A stretch of 64,000 nucleotides of DNA from a virus (IMGVR_UViG_3300043570_002364:2245-66244), one strand, 5' to 3'; counted from the stretch's first letter, positions 37,641-48,282 are shown. A program made the numbers and translations. Notes: generated by a model not told the origin, from the letters alone.

Positions 37641-40600
37641 TTAAGGGCAAATCCCTTCTACACAACCTAAACATCCAGAATCTTGACAATCTATCAAACT
37701 ACTATAAGTTACACATGGTTCAGCTCCTGGACATATATATATAACAGGTATTGCCGTTGTAGTTGTAGTCGTAGGCGCAGCTGTTGTAGTTGTAGTCGTA
37801 GGTGCAGCTGTTGTAGTTGTAGTCGTAGGTGCAGCCGTTGTAGTTGACGTTGTAGTTGAAGTCGTAGTCGTTGTTGGAGCCGCAGTTGTAGTAGTAGTCG
37901 TTGTTGTTGGCCCCGCAGTGGTTGTGGTGGTAGTTGTAATAGGTGGTGTATAAATTATTGCAATACCTCCATTGAAAGTACAATCAGAATATCTACTTAT
38001 TTCTTCCATTGCTATTATATACTTATTAGTATAAGCATCAAATACGCCATAAATACAAGGATTACCTGTATAAATTGCACCATCAGCCGCAGCACCATTA
38101 TTTAATGTTTGCCTATATGTAGCTAATTTTGCAGTAAAAAAAGCATTTGTGAAATAAACTATACTAATTGGTGTTATCCCATCTTGACTTAACCTACATA
38201 CTACGCCTCTATAATTATCTACAAAATAATCTGAAAAGTTATTCCAAGCAAGACTTGTAGCCGCGTCCCCAATACCATAATCACCTGAATAATATTGAAT
38301 TTTATTAATTAATTTATCAGTATTAGCCTGTAATGGGTTGTTAGCACTGTCTTTAATAATTTGTGTTAATAATGGTACATTACCAACTTTGAATTTTTGA
38401 TAAACTTTCAAATATCTATCTCTAACATGTAATCTTATTACATCTCCGAAACTTCTATCGTATTCATCAAAATCTTCAAAATAAAATGTATTTGTGCCAT
38501 TAATATTTGTATTAACTTGGTAAGATTGGCTAAATCTTATTAAAGTTGGGAAATATATTTGTCTTGCGTTTTCATCAATAACAGAAGCCCTTCCATTACT
38601 ATTCATTGTTAAATTATACGCATCATTAAAACTGCTTTCTATGATCTCTATAGTTTTATTTTGCAATACCCCCATAGTCAAATCAAAAGAAGCTACATAA
38701 GCATTGTCTGCATATACGCCTATCCAAGCTTTTGTACTAGCAGGAATAGTTACTTTTGTATCACATGAAAAAATATACCCACTTGCATCTATTACATGAG
38801 TTGTTTGTATTATTTGTATGTTCTTTTGAGTTGCACTTACTAAATACATTCTAAAAGAAGGCACTACATTAGATGTTGTTGTATCTACTGTTATCCTTAC
38901 ATTAAAAACAATATTTAATAATATAATTCCCGTAGTTTTATTATAAAAAAATCCCGTATCAGTAAATTCTGGATAACAAGGGACAAAACACCCCGCAGAT
39001 AAATTAACTATTACTGGTTGAGTTGAAACCTGATAATTACTATTATCAAAAGGCCCTTGCCCATTTTGAATTTCTAATTTCATTACTAAACTAGGTAGTA
39101 TAGTCAATGTTAAACTAGGTATAAGATTTACATCTTGATTCCCACAATTGTAAACCCATTGGTTATTTAATATTATACTTCTTTTCCTATAAAATAAATC
39201 TCCATTAGTACCGCTAACAATAGCAGGAACCGTTGATGGGTTTGTTGAAGATTGAGTTTGCTCAAGGCCTATGTGATACGCATTTGCTGTACCAGAATTT
39301 CCTATTCCAAAACATTTACCAAATTCATAAAAAAACTTTTGTGATTGATCAGAATTTGTTGAATAATTATACAAAAATATTTCATAATGTCTAAAATCTG
39401 GATCCCCATCAAAATTAAAATTAGTGGGATCTGCATCAACAACTGCTTGAGGGTATTTTATTTTTATAAAATTTCCTTCTTTTACACCAACAGTTGTATT
39501 AATTGATCCTTCTGTACCTAAAATTTCACAATCAAAAATATTAATATTTTTAATAGCTCCAGTTGAATCAAATCTTCTTAAAAATGTAATTCTATCACCA
39601 GGAACAAAAGAATATGATACAACATTTACTGTTGTACTAAATTGTTTATTATATTCAGAAATATTAGATACATCAATATATGCATATGATTCTAAATCAT
39701 ATACTGGTGTTACAATATTTAGCGATAATGGGCTTCTATAAGCACTATTGCTTATCCAAAATAATCTTTTATTATAAGTAGTATTGTTTGATCTTACAAC
39801 TTGATAGTATATCGCCTCCAATGGAGGTCTATTTTTAATTTCTAAATATGTTTGCGGAAATTGTGTCCCATTATTTTTATACGTAGTAAAAGTAGATAAT
39901 CTACTTGTTTGTGTACCAATAGTTCTTCCTTGTCCATCAAAATATTGCAACCCATATTGATAACCAGAATCCCAAGAATTTGCATATTGAGTATTATCAG
40001 GGTTATTTGTAGTAGAACTAATATATTTAACACCACTTGAATATAATGTAAAATCATTTGTATTTGACATTGTTAATACATTCCCAACTAATGACACTTG
40101 AGTCCAGTTATTACCATTAGCAACCAAACCTGCTGATATAGAGGTAAGGATTGACAAAACAGTTTTTGGAGTGGTTAAATTTTGATATGTATATCCTATA
40201 TTAGTGTAACTTGAATTTACTACGTTTACAACATATTGACCGACTGGATTATCCAATGTAGTAACATTTCCGTTTGTATTTATCCCCGTACCATACAAAT
40301 ATATTTTCAATATTTTACCAGTTGAACCACTATCTATTCCATTACAAGTAGCAAAAAATAACAACCCACAATAATCTTTAAAGAAATATATTGGTACTGG
40401 AATATCTAATGCAGAATTAGGAGTATATGCTAACAAATCCATATTTGTTTTATTATAACCTTCAGTTATTCCAGAATATAATAAAGTATTTCCATTTGCT
40501 AATTCAGCTGCATTTGCTTTTTGAGGAACATAATCTTGCAATTGACTAGATTCTATAACATCAATTTGGCCATAAATACTATCATTGTAAAAATTATATG

Positions 40601-41462
40601 TATATATGGCATTATCAGGAATGGCATTATCTGCTTTATCCAACTGCTTTATTAAAAACCAATCAGATGTTATGTTATTATTATTTTCTCTAAAACTTAA
40701 CTCAATTGCTTTTACATCTGTACCTCCAGTTGATACGGAAATAGAAATTCTAGCATTTAAACTTAAATCAGGGTTAGTTAAAAATAATGTAGGTTGTTGA
40801 GGTAATGGAACTATACTTTTTGAACTCCATACAGATTTTTCATTATTGTCATAAACAAATCTGTAACAAAATTGGTACAATGAATTTCTTAAATTGTTTA
40901 CAGTTACCAATGTATCATTTTCAAAAGTAACTTTAGGAGGCATAACTGGAGGAGCTTTTGCTATTAACAAATACTCTAATTTCCAAGATGTTCCATAATT
41001 TGAAATTATGTTTATACTTTTAGGTGGATTTAATCCATCATTGAAGTACAAAATATCTCCTTCATTATCTCTATAAAATATATTAACTGATAATACTTTA
41101 TATGAAGGATTAAAAGTTAAAATATCTATTCCGTCACTATCAGTTTTGCTTACTAAAACTTTAACAATATTATTATTACTTAAATCATAATATAAAATAG
41201 AATTATAACCATTACTATTCCATAAAAAATAATATGCCCTATTTCTTATTTTATCGGGGAAAAACCCAATAATCTTATTAGTTCCAGCAGGCAAAGTATA
41301 TGGTAATAAAGTATTACCTAAGATATTAGACACTACTCTATCCTGACCAATACCCTCGGCATCTTTTGTAATATTTAATGCATCAATGTAATCTCCATTA
41401 GATATTCTATACTCAGCAATATCTAAATTCAATTTACCATTAAAAGGGTTATTTATAATCAT
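37641..41462 (-). CDS. tail muzzle/stabilization protein (N-terminal part) ending in a Thr tract and a Cys-rich tip
   Basis: F.GKLNLD...NG.YIDALN, FCYRFVY..NE.S.WS, YGIG, YFVD.YRGVVCRLSQDGITPIS; ends TTTT...CPGAEPC...C..C..C...CP. Confidence 0.75.
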   Translation of the reverse strand: MIINNPFNGKLNLDIAEYRISNGDYIDALNITKDAEGIGQDRVVSNILGNTLLPYTLPAGTNKIIGFFPDKIRNRAYYFLWNSNGYNSILYYDLSNNNIVKVLVSKTDSDGIDILTFNPSYKVLSVNIFYRDNEGDILYFNDGLNPPKSINIISNYGTSWKLEYLLIAKAPPVMPPKVTFENDTLVTVNNLRNSLYQFCYRFVYDNNEKSVWSSKSIVPLPQQPTLFLTNPDLSLNARISISVSTGGTDVKAIELSFRENNNNITSDWFLIKQLDKADNAIPDNAIYTYNFYNDSIYGQIDVIESSQLQDYVPQKANAAELANGNTLLYSGITEGYNKTNMDLLAYTPNSALDIPVPIYFFKDYCGLLFFATCNGIDSGSTGKILKIYLYGTGINTNGNVTTLDNPVGQYVVNVVNSSYTNIGYTYQNLTTPKTVLSILTSISAGLVANGNNWTQVSLVGNVLTMSNTNDFTLYSSGVKYISSTTNNPDNTQYANSWDSGYQYGLQYFDGQGRTIGTQTSRLSTFTTYKNNGTQFPQTYLEIKNRPPLEAIYYQVVRSNNTTYNKRLFWISNSAYRSPLSLNIVTPVYDLESYAYIDVSNISEYNKQFSTTVNVVSYSFVPGDRITFLRRFDSTGAIKNINIFDCEILGTEGSINTTVGVKEGNFIKIKYPQAVVDADPTNFNFDGDPDFRHYEIFLYNYSTNSDQSQKFFYEFGKCFGIGNSGTANAYHIGLEQTQSSTNPSTVPAIVSGTNGDLFYRKRSIILNNQWVYNCGNQDVNLIPSLTLTILPSLVMKLEIQNGQGPFDNSNYQVSTQPVIVNLSAGCFVPCYPEFTDTGFFYNKTTGIILLNIVFNVRITVDTTTSNVVPSFRMYLVSATQKNIQIIQTTHVIDASGYIFSCDTKVTIPASTKAWIGVYADNAYVASFDLTMGVLQNKTIEIIESSFNDAYNLTMNSNGRASVIDENARQIYFPTLIRFSQSYQVNTNINGTNTFYFEDFDEYDRSFGDVIRLHVRDRYLKVYQKFKVGNVPLLTQIIKDSANNPLQANTDKLINKIQYYSGDYGIGDAATSLAWNNFSDYFVDNYRGVVCRLSQDGITPISIVYFTNAFFTAKLATYRQTLNNGAAADGAIYTGNPCIYGVFDAYTNKYIIAMEEISRYSDCTFNGGIAIIYTPPITTTTTTTAGPTTTTTTTTAAPTTTTTSTTTSTTTAAPTTTTTTAAPTTTTTTAAPTTTTTTAIPVIYICPGAEPCVTYSSLIDCQDSGCLGCVEGICP
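37816..37922. repeat. 107-bp exact direct repeat, copy 2
   Basis: Identical to 36649-36755. Confidence 0.85.
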
Positions 41463-41465
41463 TTA

Positions 41466-42236
41466 TTATGCTTTTACGGTCATTCTTTGTGTATCTAAAT
41501 TATTTTCATACGCTTGCATTAAATACAATGGTTTAAATTGAGCATTTGCTAATCTTCTTTGATTATAAAACTCTTGTTTTCTATCTCTTTTATCACCTAA
41601 GTTTCCTTTTCTTGTAGTTGGCAAATTTATAATATCTCTCCAAGCTAACCATGAAAGCATTGCTTCTCTAAATTGAATAGGGATAGAAAATGTTTCTTCT
41701 GGATTACCACTTGATAAGTATTCTATCATTAAATAAGAGTAATAGAAATATTGATTAAGCAATACTACACCATTTGAATCATCAATATTAAATTGACCTA
41801 CAAATGGAGATCCACTAGGAAGCCCATAAATGTTATTAAAACCATATCCATCCCAATAATTAAACCACACCGGCAAGTCTGATTGATACCAGGCTGCCAA
41901 TGTATTATCTTGCGTTAAATCTAATCTATTAGGTTGCTGATCACCATAGTAAGTCATTTTAGAGTTAAATTTCAATGGGATAATTTCACCTACTGAATTT
42001 AAAACACCAATTTTAGTATAGCTAATATAATCATTTGGCAATTGTGCTGTATAATTAGTCATATCAACTGGCACTTTTACTGTTCTTATTTTATAAAAAA
42101 AGTCAAGGCCTAATTTTTCCATACCTCTAACAGCTATATTGTATAGCTTTGTATATTTGTGTACGGATTGTTCACTTTCATCAATGTAATCATTAATTAC
42201 TGAATCAAGGGTTATATAATTTCTAACTTGCGACAT
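41466..42236 (-). CDS. tail ring/tubular protein
   Basis: LPNDYISYTKIG and IEYLSSG, Crassvirales-like ring motifs; position upstream of the muzzle. Confidence 0.65.
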   Translation of the reverse strand: MSQVRNYITLDSVINDYIDESEQSVHKYTKLYNIAVRGMEKLGLDFFYKIRTVKVPVDMTNYTAQLPNDYISYTKIGVLNSVGEIIPLKFNSKMTYYGDQQPNRLDLTQDNTLAAWYQSDLPVWFNYWDGYGFNNIYGLPSGSPFVGQFNIDDSNGVVLLNQYFYYSYLMIEYLSSGNPEETFSIPIQFREAMLSWLAWRDIINLPTTRKGNLGDKRDRKQEFYNQRRLANAQFKPLYLMQAYENNLDTQRMTVKA

Positions 42237-42238
42237 TT

Positions 42239-42511
42239 TTAATTATTTGATAAGTAAGCTAATATATCATTATGTCGGATCAGGAAATGCATTTCATTAT
42301 TTACTATAATAGGCTCTCCTGCTCCTTTGATATGAAAAATAACATCATCTTTTTTGGCCTCAATTTTTATTTTAGCTGTACCATTGCCAACTGAAATTAC
42401 TTTTGCCTTACAATTTCTTTCTCTAAATCCTTCAGGCAATAATAACCCACCTTCTGTTATTTCTTCAGGTGCAAATGGTTTTACTAAAACGAAATCTCTA
42501 ATTGGTTTCAT
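42239..42511 (-). CDS. groES: co-chaperonin GroES (Cpn10)
   Basis: MKPIRDFVLVKP...ITEGGLLLP...AKVISVGNG...DILA. Confidence 0.9.
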   Translation of the reverse strand: MKPIRDFVLVKPFAPEEITEGGLLLPEGFRERNCKAKVISVGNGTAKIKIEAKKDDVIFHIKGAGEPIIVNNEMHFLIRHNDILAYLSNN

Positions 42512-42522
42512 ATGTTTCTTTT

Positions 42523-43149
42523 TTAATTATCTACTCCATCATTGCTAGTATCAATTGGTCTTGATTTTTCAAAAGCCAATTGTCCTTTTATATATTCAAT
42601 AATATGTGGGATATAATCATCTGGTACAACTAATGTTGAAGTTAAATCTGTTGAATCACCACCACTAATTAATCTTAATGTTGCTTTATAATTTGTTAAT
42701 GGTATTGCACTTTTAACATAAATCTTTTTACCTTCTATCCAATAAAGTATTTTATTTTGAATTGGTCTTAATTGTTCTTGATAAGCAACTTGATTCATAC
42801 TTAATGGCATAGCCGTTTGAGATGTTTTTTTATCACCTACAAATTGCAACATAGCTACACCTTCATTTCTTCCTAATGCATATGGTATAACTGGCAATGC
42901 AACACTATATGTAACAGAATCAACTGTTTCTGCATTAATAGTAATGTCCGTAAATGTTGTATAAAATGAATTATTTACATAAGCTATTCCGTCAATTTGA
43001 ATATTATCTGTATAATTCTTCTTTGCAGCTAAACCAATAGCATCATTAAGCCATTGATTAACTAAATTATAAGTAATATTTGAATCATCGGATGGCTGTC
43101 CGTTATATATTTGTCGCAATACTCTTTCTATAAGCGCATTTCTAGTCAT
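42523..43149 (-). CDS. tail ring/adaptor protein
   Basis: Helical N-terminus, C-terminal D..NDG; position in the head-tail module. Confidence 0.55.
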   Translation of the reverse strand: MTRNALIERVLRQIYNGQPSDDSNITYNLVNQWLNDAIGLAAKKNYTDNIQIDGIAYVNNSFYTTFTDITINAETVDSVTYSVALPVIPYALGRNEGVAMLQFVGDKKTSQTAMPLSMNQVAYQEQLRPIQNKILYWIEGKKIYVKSAIPLTNYKATLRLISGGDSTDLTSTLVVPDDYIPHIIEYIKGQLAFEKSRPIDTSNDGVDN

Positions 43150-43850
43150 TACTGTCCTGTTTGTGTTATTTGATTAGCATATTGCTCTACCATGCCGTCT
43201 TGTAAATTTAATCCAATTAATTTTAATGCACGCGTAATAATTTCTAGCAAGTCAACATCATCCCATACTGGGTTTACACTTCCAGTTACAGGAGTTTGAG
43301 CTGGAGGTTGAACTTGTCCAGGAGGGGCATAAACCGGCCTACCACTTACAGTTGTATAAGCCCATACAATATCTGGTGCATTTTTAACATAAGTCAAAAT
43401 AGCAGTTCCTAATGTTTTTGGATAAAATTGAAATTTGTCAGGCTCTATTAAATAAATAGGATTAGTTGCAACAGGATCAATTTCGCTATTATAATAAGAA
43501 TATAAACTATCTTGAGGTACAAATCTAATCCTTTTAAAATCAGTTGTAATTATCGCGTCCACTTGCAAATAATTAGCAGGATAAGGGGATTCCCCAGTTG
43601 AAGCATTAATAGTCAATGTAGCCTCTGTAATCAAAGGTGTTAATCTTTGTCTTATATTTTCATTTTGACTATAATTAATCCTAGCTTGCGGCCTCCCGTA
43701 TTGGTATTGTTGAAACTCTCCTAATAAATAATCTTGGTAAGAAATCTGTGCTTGATTTATTACAAGATTAAAATCAGATGGTGTCAAATAACCATTTTGG
43801 GCTTTATTAACCGCAAATTGGCAAATACGATACATATCATTAACATTCAT
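43149..43850 (-). CDS. tail ring/head-tail adaptor protein
   Basis: NKAQNGYLTP.DFN....QAQ, Y...P....WAY, L...G.NL; Crassvirales-like ring protein. Confidence 0.65.
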   Translation of the reverse strand: MNVNDMYRICQFAVNKAQNGYLTPSDFNLVINQAQISYQDYLLGEFQQYQYGRPQARINYSQNENIRQRLTPLITEATLTINASTGESPYPANYLQVDAIITTDFKRIRFVPQDSLYSYYNSEIDPVATNPIYLIEPDKFQFYPKTLGTAILTYVKNAPDIVWAYTTVSGRPVYAPPGQVQPPAQTPVTGSVNPVWDDVDLLEIITRALKLIGLNLQDGMVEQYANQITQTGQ

Positions 43851-43867
43851 TGAAATAAGTTATACAA

Positions 43868-43875
43868 CAAATATA
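43868..43875 (-). promoter_or_regulatory. -7 promoter box (TATATTTG) for the tail genes
   Basis: CAAATATA on + strand, between a terminator and the 43850 start. Confidence 0.6.
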
Positions 43876-43885
43876 CGAAAAAGTA

Positions 43886-43921
43886 ACAAAAAAGCCCCGT
43901 AATTTTTAGGCTACAGGGCTT
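43886..43921 (-). terminator. intrinsic terminator after the capsid genes
   Basis: AAGCCC...GGGCTT stem with a T-run on the minus strand. Confidence 0.65.
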
Positions 43922-43943
43922 CTTTTATTTAGAGGGGGAAGAA

Positions 43944-44873
43944 CTACACTAATTTCTTTAATTGCTCTAAAAATGCCTTACTTTCATCTTGAGGGAACAT
44001 TGCAAATTCAACTAAATAATTTTGCGGTTTTTTGTCAGATGGTATCTTACAAATATAACCTCCATTATTTGACCAATAAGCTGAACCTCTTTTTGTAGTA
44101 GTATCAATTTTATTATCAATTAAAGCTTTTTTAACTATAAATGCTATTTCAACTTCCTTAGAACCAGCACTTTGCATAAACTTATTAGGTTGAGCTTCAG
44201 CGTAAAGTTCATAGTCGTTTCTTAATGCATCCATAGATTTAGGCATCCCTAATTCATCTGTAAATGTAATTCCCAAGAAATTGCAGTGCTTGCGCATTTC
44301 TTCGTCACTTGCCAATGAAGCATATTTAATTGCTTCAACTTTAGCAACTCTTTTAGCTCTTTCAAGCTCTGCTGTTCTCTGTGGATTCCATTGAAAGAAT
44401 GTAATTTTTCTAGTACCTTTTTTGTTAGGATTGTCTAAATTAGCGTTACATAGATTTAAAAACTCAAGAGCTTCTACATCGTAATCAGCTATTCTTAATA
44501 CTCTTCTATCAAAAATTAAGCTTCTTCTGTTTTGTTCAACGAATGATTTTTCAAGTCCTTTTTGATCTTCTACCCAAATACTTGGATAACCTCTCAAAAG
44601 TCTTATTCTTTCCATTCTACTTTTCTTTTCGTTCCAAACATCGTCAATACCTTCCATATGGTATCTGCCATTTTTCTTAGTATCTGATAATTTGAAAATC
44701 TTGAAAGTTGTTGCTGTATTAGATGATAAGGATTCCTGCATAGCTTGCGCAGCCTCATCATTTTGTCTTTGTACTTTTACTTCACCTTGTTGCGAAAAGT
44801 TAGCATCTGCTAACCCTATTGCCTTTAACTTTGCCATAAATGGTTTTTTAAATGTTAAAATAGGTAGAGGCAA
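43944..44873 (-). CDS. conserved protein downstream of the MCP (likely start ATG 44837)
   Basis: About 297 aa; position equivalent to the post-MCP gene of crAss-like phages. Confidence 0.6.
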   Translation of the reverse strand: MPLPILTFKKPFMAKLKAIGLADANFSQQGEVKVQRQNDEAAQAMQESLSSNTATTFKIFKLSDTKKNGRYHMEGIDDVWNEKKSRMERIRLLRGYPSIWVEDQKGLEKSFVEQNRRSLIFDRRVLRIADYDVEALEFLNLCNANLDNPNKKGTRKITFFQWNPQRTAELERAKRVAKVEAIKYASLASDEEMRKHCNFLGITFTDELGMPKSMDALRNDYELYAEAQPNKFMQSAGSKEVEIAFIVKKALIDNKIDTTTKRGSAYWSNNGGYICKIPSDKKPQNYLVEFAMFPQDESKAFLEQLKKLV

Positions 44874-44918
44874 TCAATAAAGTTGCCCCTACCATAATTA
44901 TAAGTCCTAAATAACTAA

Positions 44919-46331
44919 TTAGTTACCTTGAACGATGATGAATTGGTTTGCTGCACAAACACGAGTACCACGATAAGTGATCATCGCAATTTGATTAGTC
45001 ATTGTACCATCTGTTGGATTAGGAGATCCACCACCATATTGCCATACACGAATACCGTTACCAACAGTACCACCCTGAGGAGGTTGTTGATACATAATAG
45101 TGATATTCTTGTAAACTTGAGCGGTTTTAGCATCCTTAGTTTCACCCATTGGGTAGATTAAACCAAAATTACGGAAGTAATCAACTTGTGGAGTTAAACC
45201 AGTTGTAACCTCAGTGTTAAATGCGGCATACTTCTTAACAGACAATAAATATCCATCAATAAAGATTTCTTGGAAACCATAAGCAACAGAAGCCTCTTTA
45301 GACTTTTCACCTTGTCCATAAACGAAAGCACCAGCTGGGTAAGCAGCAAAGATACCATCAGAGAAATCTTGTCTTTGGAAAATGTCAGTTAACCATGCAG
45401 ATTGTTTAGCACAACCGTTAACATCCATGATACGAGTGATTTCATGTAATTTAGCGATGTCTAATGTACCTGGAGTGTAACCAACTGTTTCACCATCAGC
45501 AACTACTTTAGGGATGATACCTACAGAACCTTGAGAGTTAGAATCAATTGCAGTGTTATTTTGTAAATTACCACGCATTAATTTATTTTCTACGTTATTT
45601 TTGAAACGAACAAGAGTCTTATACATTCCTTTGTAAGTAAACGCAGTAACGCCATTTTGAGCCATATCTGGAGATACAGGGAACTCATAATATGTTTCAG
45701 CCATTTGCGCTAAGTCAGTGTTAGACCAACCATCACGAATTTCTGTTACATAGTTATCATATCTTTCATCCAATTGAATCAAAGGATTGATAGCTTGAGA
45801 AGCTTCACCAGCATCTGCGTCACCACCGAATAATAAAACCTCACCAGCTAATAATGAACCAGAACCAGCTGATTGAAAACCTTGAGAAGTTTGCTTAGGA
45901 GCAACAACAAAAGTAAATGCATTCGGAACAGAATCATCAATAGATACGATAACACCCTCAATATTTGAAGATGCAACACGTAAAGTTTCATTAACTCTTA
46001 ATGGAGATTGAGTACCACTGTTGTAGTAAGCTTCTGCTCCTAAAGTTAATGTAATAGAAGCACCAGCTGCGGCAGCAACTGTGCTATTGTTTGTAACACC
46101 TGGCATTAATTTACCGCGGTTTTCAAACCAGAAGTAGTTTAAGTTTTTAACTTCTTCCATGCCGCTATGAGCAGCTAACCACCATGTAAAATCTTCATTG
46201 CCATACTTTTGAGTGTATTGCTTGTAGTACTGTGGTGTTAATAATTGTAGGTCAACCATAAGTTGCCTATTCTGGGTTTGCAACGAGATTGAACCCGGCT
46301 GCAAAATATTTGAGGTAGGTATTCCTGCCAT
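44919..46331 (-). CDS. major capsid protein
   Basis: 470 aa after scaffold and portal; YFWFE, EN.LMRG, GIIP, YGFQEI..DGY features of HK97-fold Bacteroidota phage MCPs. Confidence 0.8.
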   Translation of the reverse strand: MAGIPTSNILQPGSISLQTQNRQLMVDLQLLTPQYYKQYTQKYGNEDFTWWLAAHSGMEEVKNLNYFWFENRGKLMPGVTNNSTVAAAAGASITLTLGAEAYYNSGTQSPLRVNETLRVASSNIEGVIVSIDDSVPNAFTFVVAPKQTSQGFQSAGSGSLLAGEVLLFGGDADAGEASQAINPLIQLDERYDNYVTEIRDGWSNTDLAQMAETYYEFPVSPDMAQNGVTAFTYKGMYKTLVRFKNNVENKLMRGNLQNNTAIDSNSQGSVGIIPKVVADGETVGYTPGTLDIAKLHEITRIMDVNGCAKQSAWLTDIFQRQDFSDGIFAAYPAGAFVYGQGEKSKEASVAYGFQEIFIDGYLLSVKKYAAFNTEVTTGLTPQVDYFRNFGLIYPMGETKDAKTAQVYKNITIMYQQPPQGGTVGNGIRVWQYGGGSPNPTDGTMTNQIAMITYRGTRVCAANQFIIVQGN

Positions 46332-46378
46332 GATATTTGTTTTTTGTTTTAAACGCCTCCTCCAAAGGCAATATCAAG

Positions 46379-47524
46379 TTACGAACTAAAGGCCCATTCA
46401 GCCATTCTTAGCCTTTCAGCTTCAACGCCATTTAAGTCTGGTTTCGCTCCTTGAGGAGTTGCGGTTTGGTTGATATTAATGTTTCCATTCTTCTTTAAAT
46501 GAGCCAACAATCTTTGAGATGCTGCTTCATTTGCTATTTTAGAGAATATTTTTTCACGATTCTCTAACAGATATTTATCTGCCATTATTTGTTGAACATT
46601 TGGTTTACCGTCCTTGTTAAACCATCTGTTTTCAAAATAAGTATCAGTGTCAAAATCCTCTAATTGATTCTTCATTACCAATTTTTCATCTTCACCAACA
46701 TTAAACGAAATCGGTATTTCAACATCCTCGTCTTTTACCGATACATTAAATCCGTTGAAGGATTGGAAATCAGAATTTAGCGTTTTTTCATATTCAGATC
46801 TAGCTTCTTGCATTATCTCAAATTCTGCTTGAGATTCAGCTTGTCTGCCAGATTCATTATAAATATCTGGTAATTGAATATCAGATTTATATTTTTCTAA
46901 TTCTGGTCTTGAAAGCTTTGCTTCAATCATTAATCTTTTCTCAACATAATCAACTTGATTTTGCCAAGTTTTTACTTTTTCAGTATAATCTTCATCAGAA
47001 TCATCAAACGTCTGTTCTGGCTTTAAAGGTACATAAAATTTTTCAAAAAATAAAAGATCAATTTCTTCCTGATCTAAATCTTTATGTTTATTTTTTATGT
47101 TTTCCTTTATAATTTCTACAGCTAAATCAGGATTTAGTTCAGCTGTAGTTAATTTATCAAGTCTTTTTTGTTCATTTAAAACTTGATAAACATCATCTGC
47201 CTTACCTTCTCTGATAGCATCAAACAATGTTTTACTCACATCATCTTTAAATTCAAAAGAAGGTTGTTCTTTAAATTTTTTAAATTGATTTTCAGCATCT
47301 TCTACACTTTCAAACCCAAATCTTTCTTTTACAAATTGGTTTTGATCAAATGATGAATTAGATACTTGTTCATTTTGAGCCGATTGAGTACCATCTTGCG
47401 GCTCACTTGGTGCAGTAGGGGCTACTTCTACTGCTGGTTGTACTTGTGGTACATTTTCATCCGAAAACGGATTGTAACCTTCTGCCAGCTTAATTGGTGC
47501 TGACATGTCTGTATTCTCTGGCAT
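46379..47524 (-). CDS. putative capsid scaffolding protein
   Basis: Very acidic, disordered N-terminus, directly upstream of the MCP. Confidence 0.65.
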   Translation of the reverse strand: MPENTDMSAPIKLAEGYNPFSDENVPQVQPAVEVAPTAPSEPQDGTQSAQNEQVSNSSFDQNQFVKERFGFESVEDAENQFKKFKEQPSFEFKDDVSKTLFDAIREGKADDVYQVLNEQKRLDKLTTAELNPDLAVEIIKENIKNKHKDLDQEEIDLLFFEKFYVPLKPEQTFDDSDEDYTEKVKTWQNQVDYVEKRLMIEAKLSRPELEKYKSDIQLPDIYNESGRQAESQAEFEIMQEARSEYEKTLNSDFQSFNGFNVSVKDEDVEIPISFNVGEDEKLVMKNQLEDFDTDTYFENRWFNKDGKPNVQQIMADKYLLENREKIFSKIANEAASQRLLAHLKKNGNININQTATPQGAKPDLNGVEAERLRMAEWAFSS

Positions 47525-47550
47525 AAATGCTGATTTGGTTTCTATTTTGT

Positions 47551-47880
47551 TTAAGCCGCTGTTGTTGTTGTAGTTGTTGGTGCAACTGTAGTAGTAGTAG
47601 TAGTAGTAGTTCCAGAACCAATTACTATAGTCCCACTACCATTTATGGTAATAGGATATAAAACAGAATCATCTGTTAATAATTGTACGCCATACCAACT
47701 TGTACCATCTCCATAAATAGGCTGTGTTAATCTACTATCGGCAAATAATACATTTGCGGATGTTAATGTACTTGTTGTTGCATAAACAATTTGAGTGCCT
47801 TGATTAACTCCTATAAGATTTGCCTGAAAGGCATTAGGGTATGTATTTTTAGACAATACATATGCTATTGAATTTGCCAT
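47551..47880 (-). CDS. putative capsid decoration protein with poly-Thr tail
   Basis: Beta-rich 109 aa ending GTTTTTTTTVAPTTTTTAA. Confidence 0.55.
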   Translation of the reverse strand: MANSIAYVLSKNTYPNAFQANLIGVNQGTQIVYATTSTLTSANVLFADSRLTQPIYGDGTSWYGVQLLTDDSVLYPITINGSGTIVIGSGTTTTTTTTVAPTTTTTTAA

Positions 47881-47898
47881 TTTTTTTATTTTTTTTTA

Positions 47899-48282
47899 TT
47901 AAGGTGCTGCTGTTGTTGTTGTTGTTGTTGTAGAACCTTGTAATAATAAATATTTACCAATAATGCCAAATTCCACAATTCCAGCAGCTGCAATGGATGA
48001 AACATCAGTTTTAGTGGATAAATTTACCCCTAATACTGCTACCCCATTAATAGGCACTTCTGGTGCAGGCAATAATTGCCCTGTTATAGAACCATCATCA
48101 TTCGTAGTGCTAAAACTAACTGTTCCAGATGTCCCTACAAATTGAACTACTGCTGAATCCCATCCAGATAAATCTTGATAGAAATTGTTATTAGCATTAA
48201 AAGATTCAGTTGCATCTACAACTGTACTAATTTTTGAGCTAAATTTTTGTAGTCTTATTAAAAGTTTACTTACCGTTGCCAT
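47899..48282 (-). CDS. putative capsid decoration protein with poly-Thr tail
   Basis: Beta-rich 127 aa ending GSTTTTTTTAAP. Confidence 0.55.
   Translation of the reverse strand: MATVSKLLIRLQKFSSKISTVVDATESFNANNNFYQDLSGWDSAVVQFVGTSGTVSFSTTNDDGSITGQLLPAPEVPINGVAVLGVNLSTKTDVSSIAAAGIVEFGIIGKYLLLQGSTTTTTTTAAP

Noticed and set aside
36649-37922. 107-bp repeat as a DGR template/variable repeat pair
   Set aside because: The copies are identical, with no adenine-specific differences, and no reverse transcriptase is present in the window.
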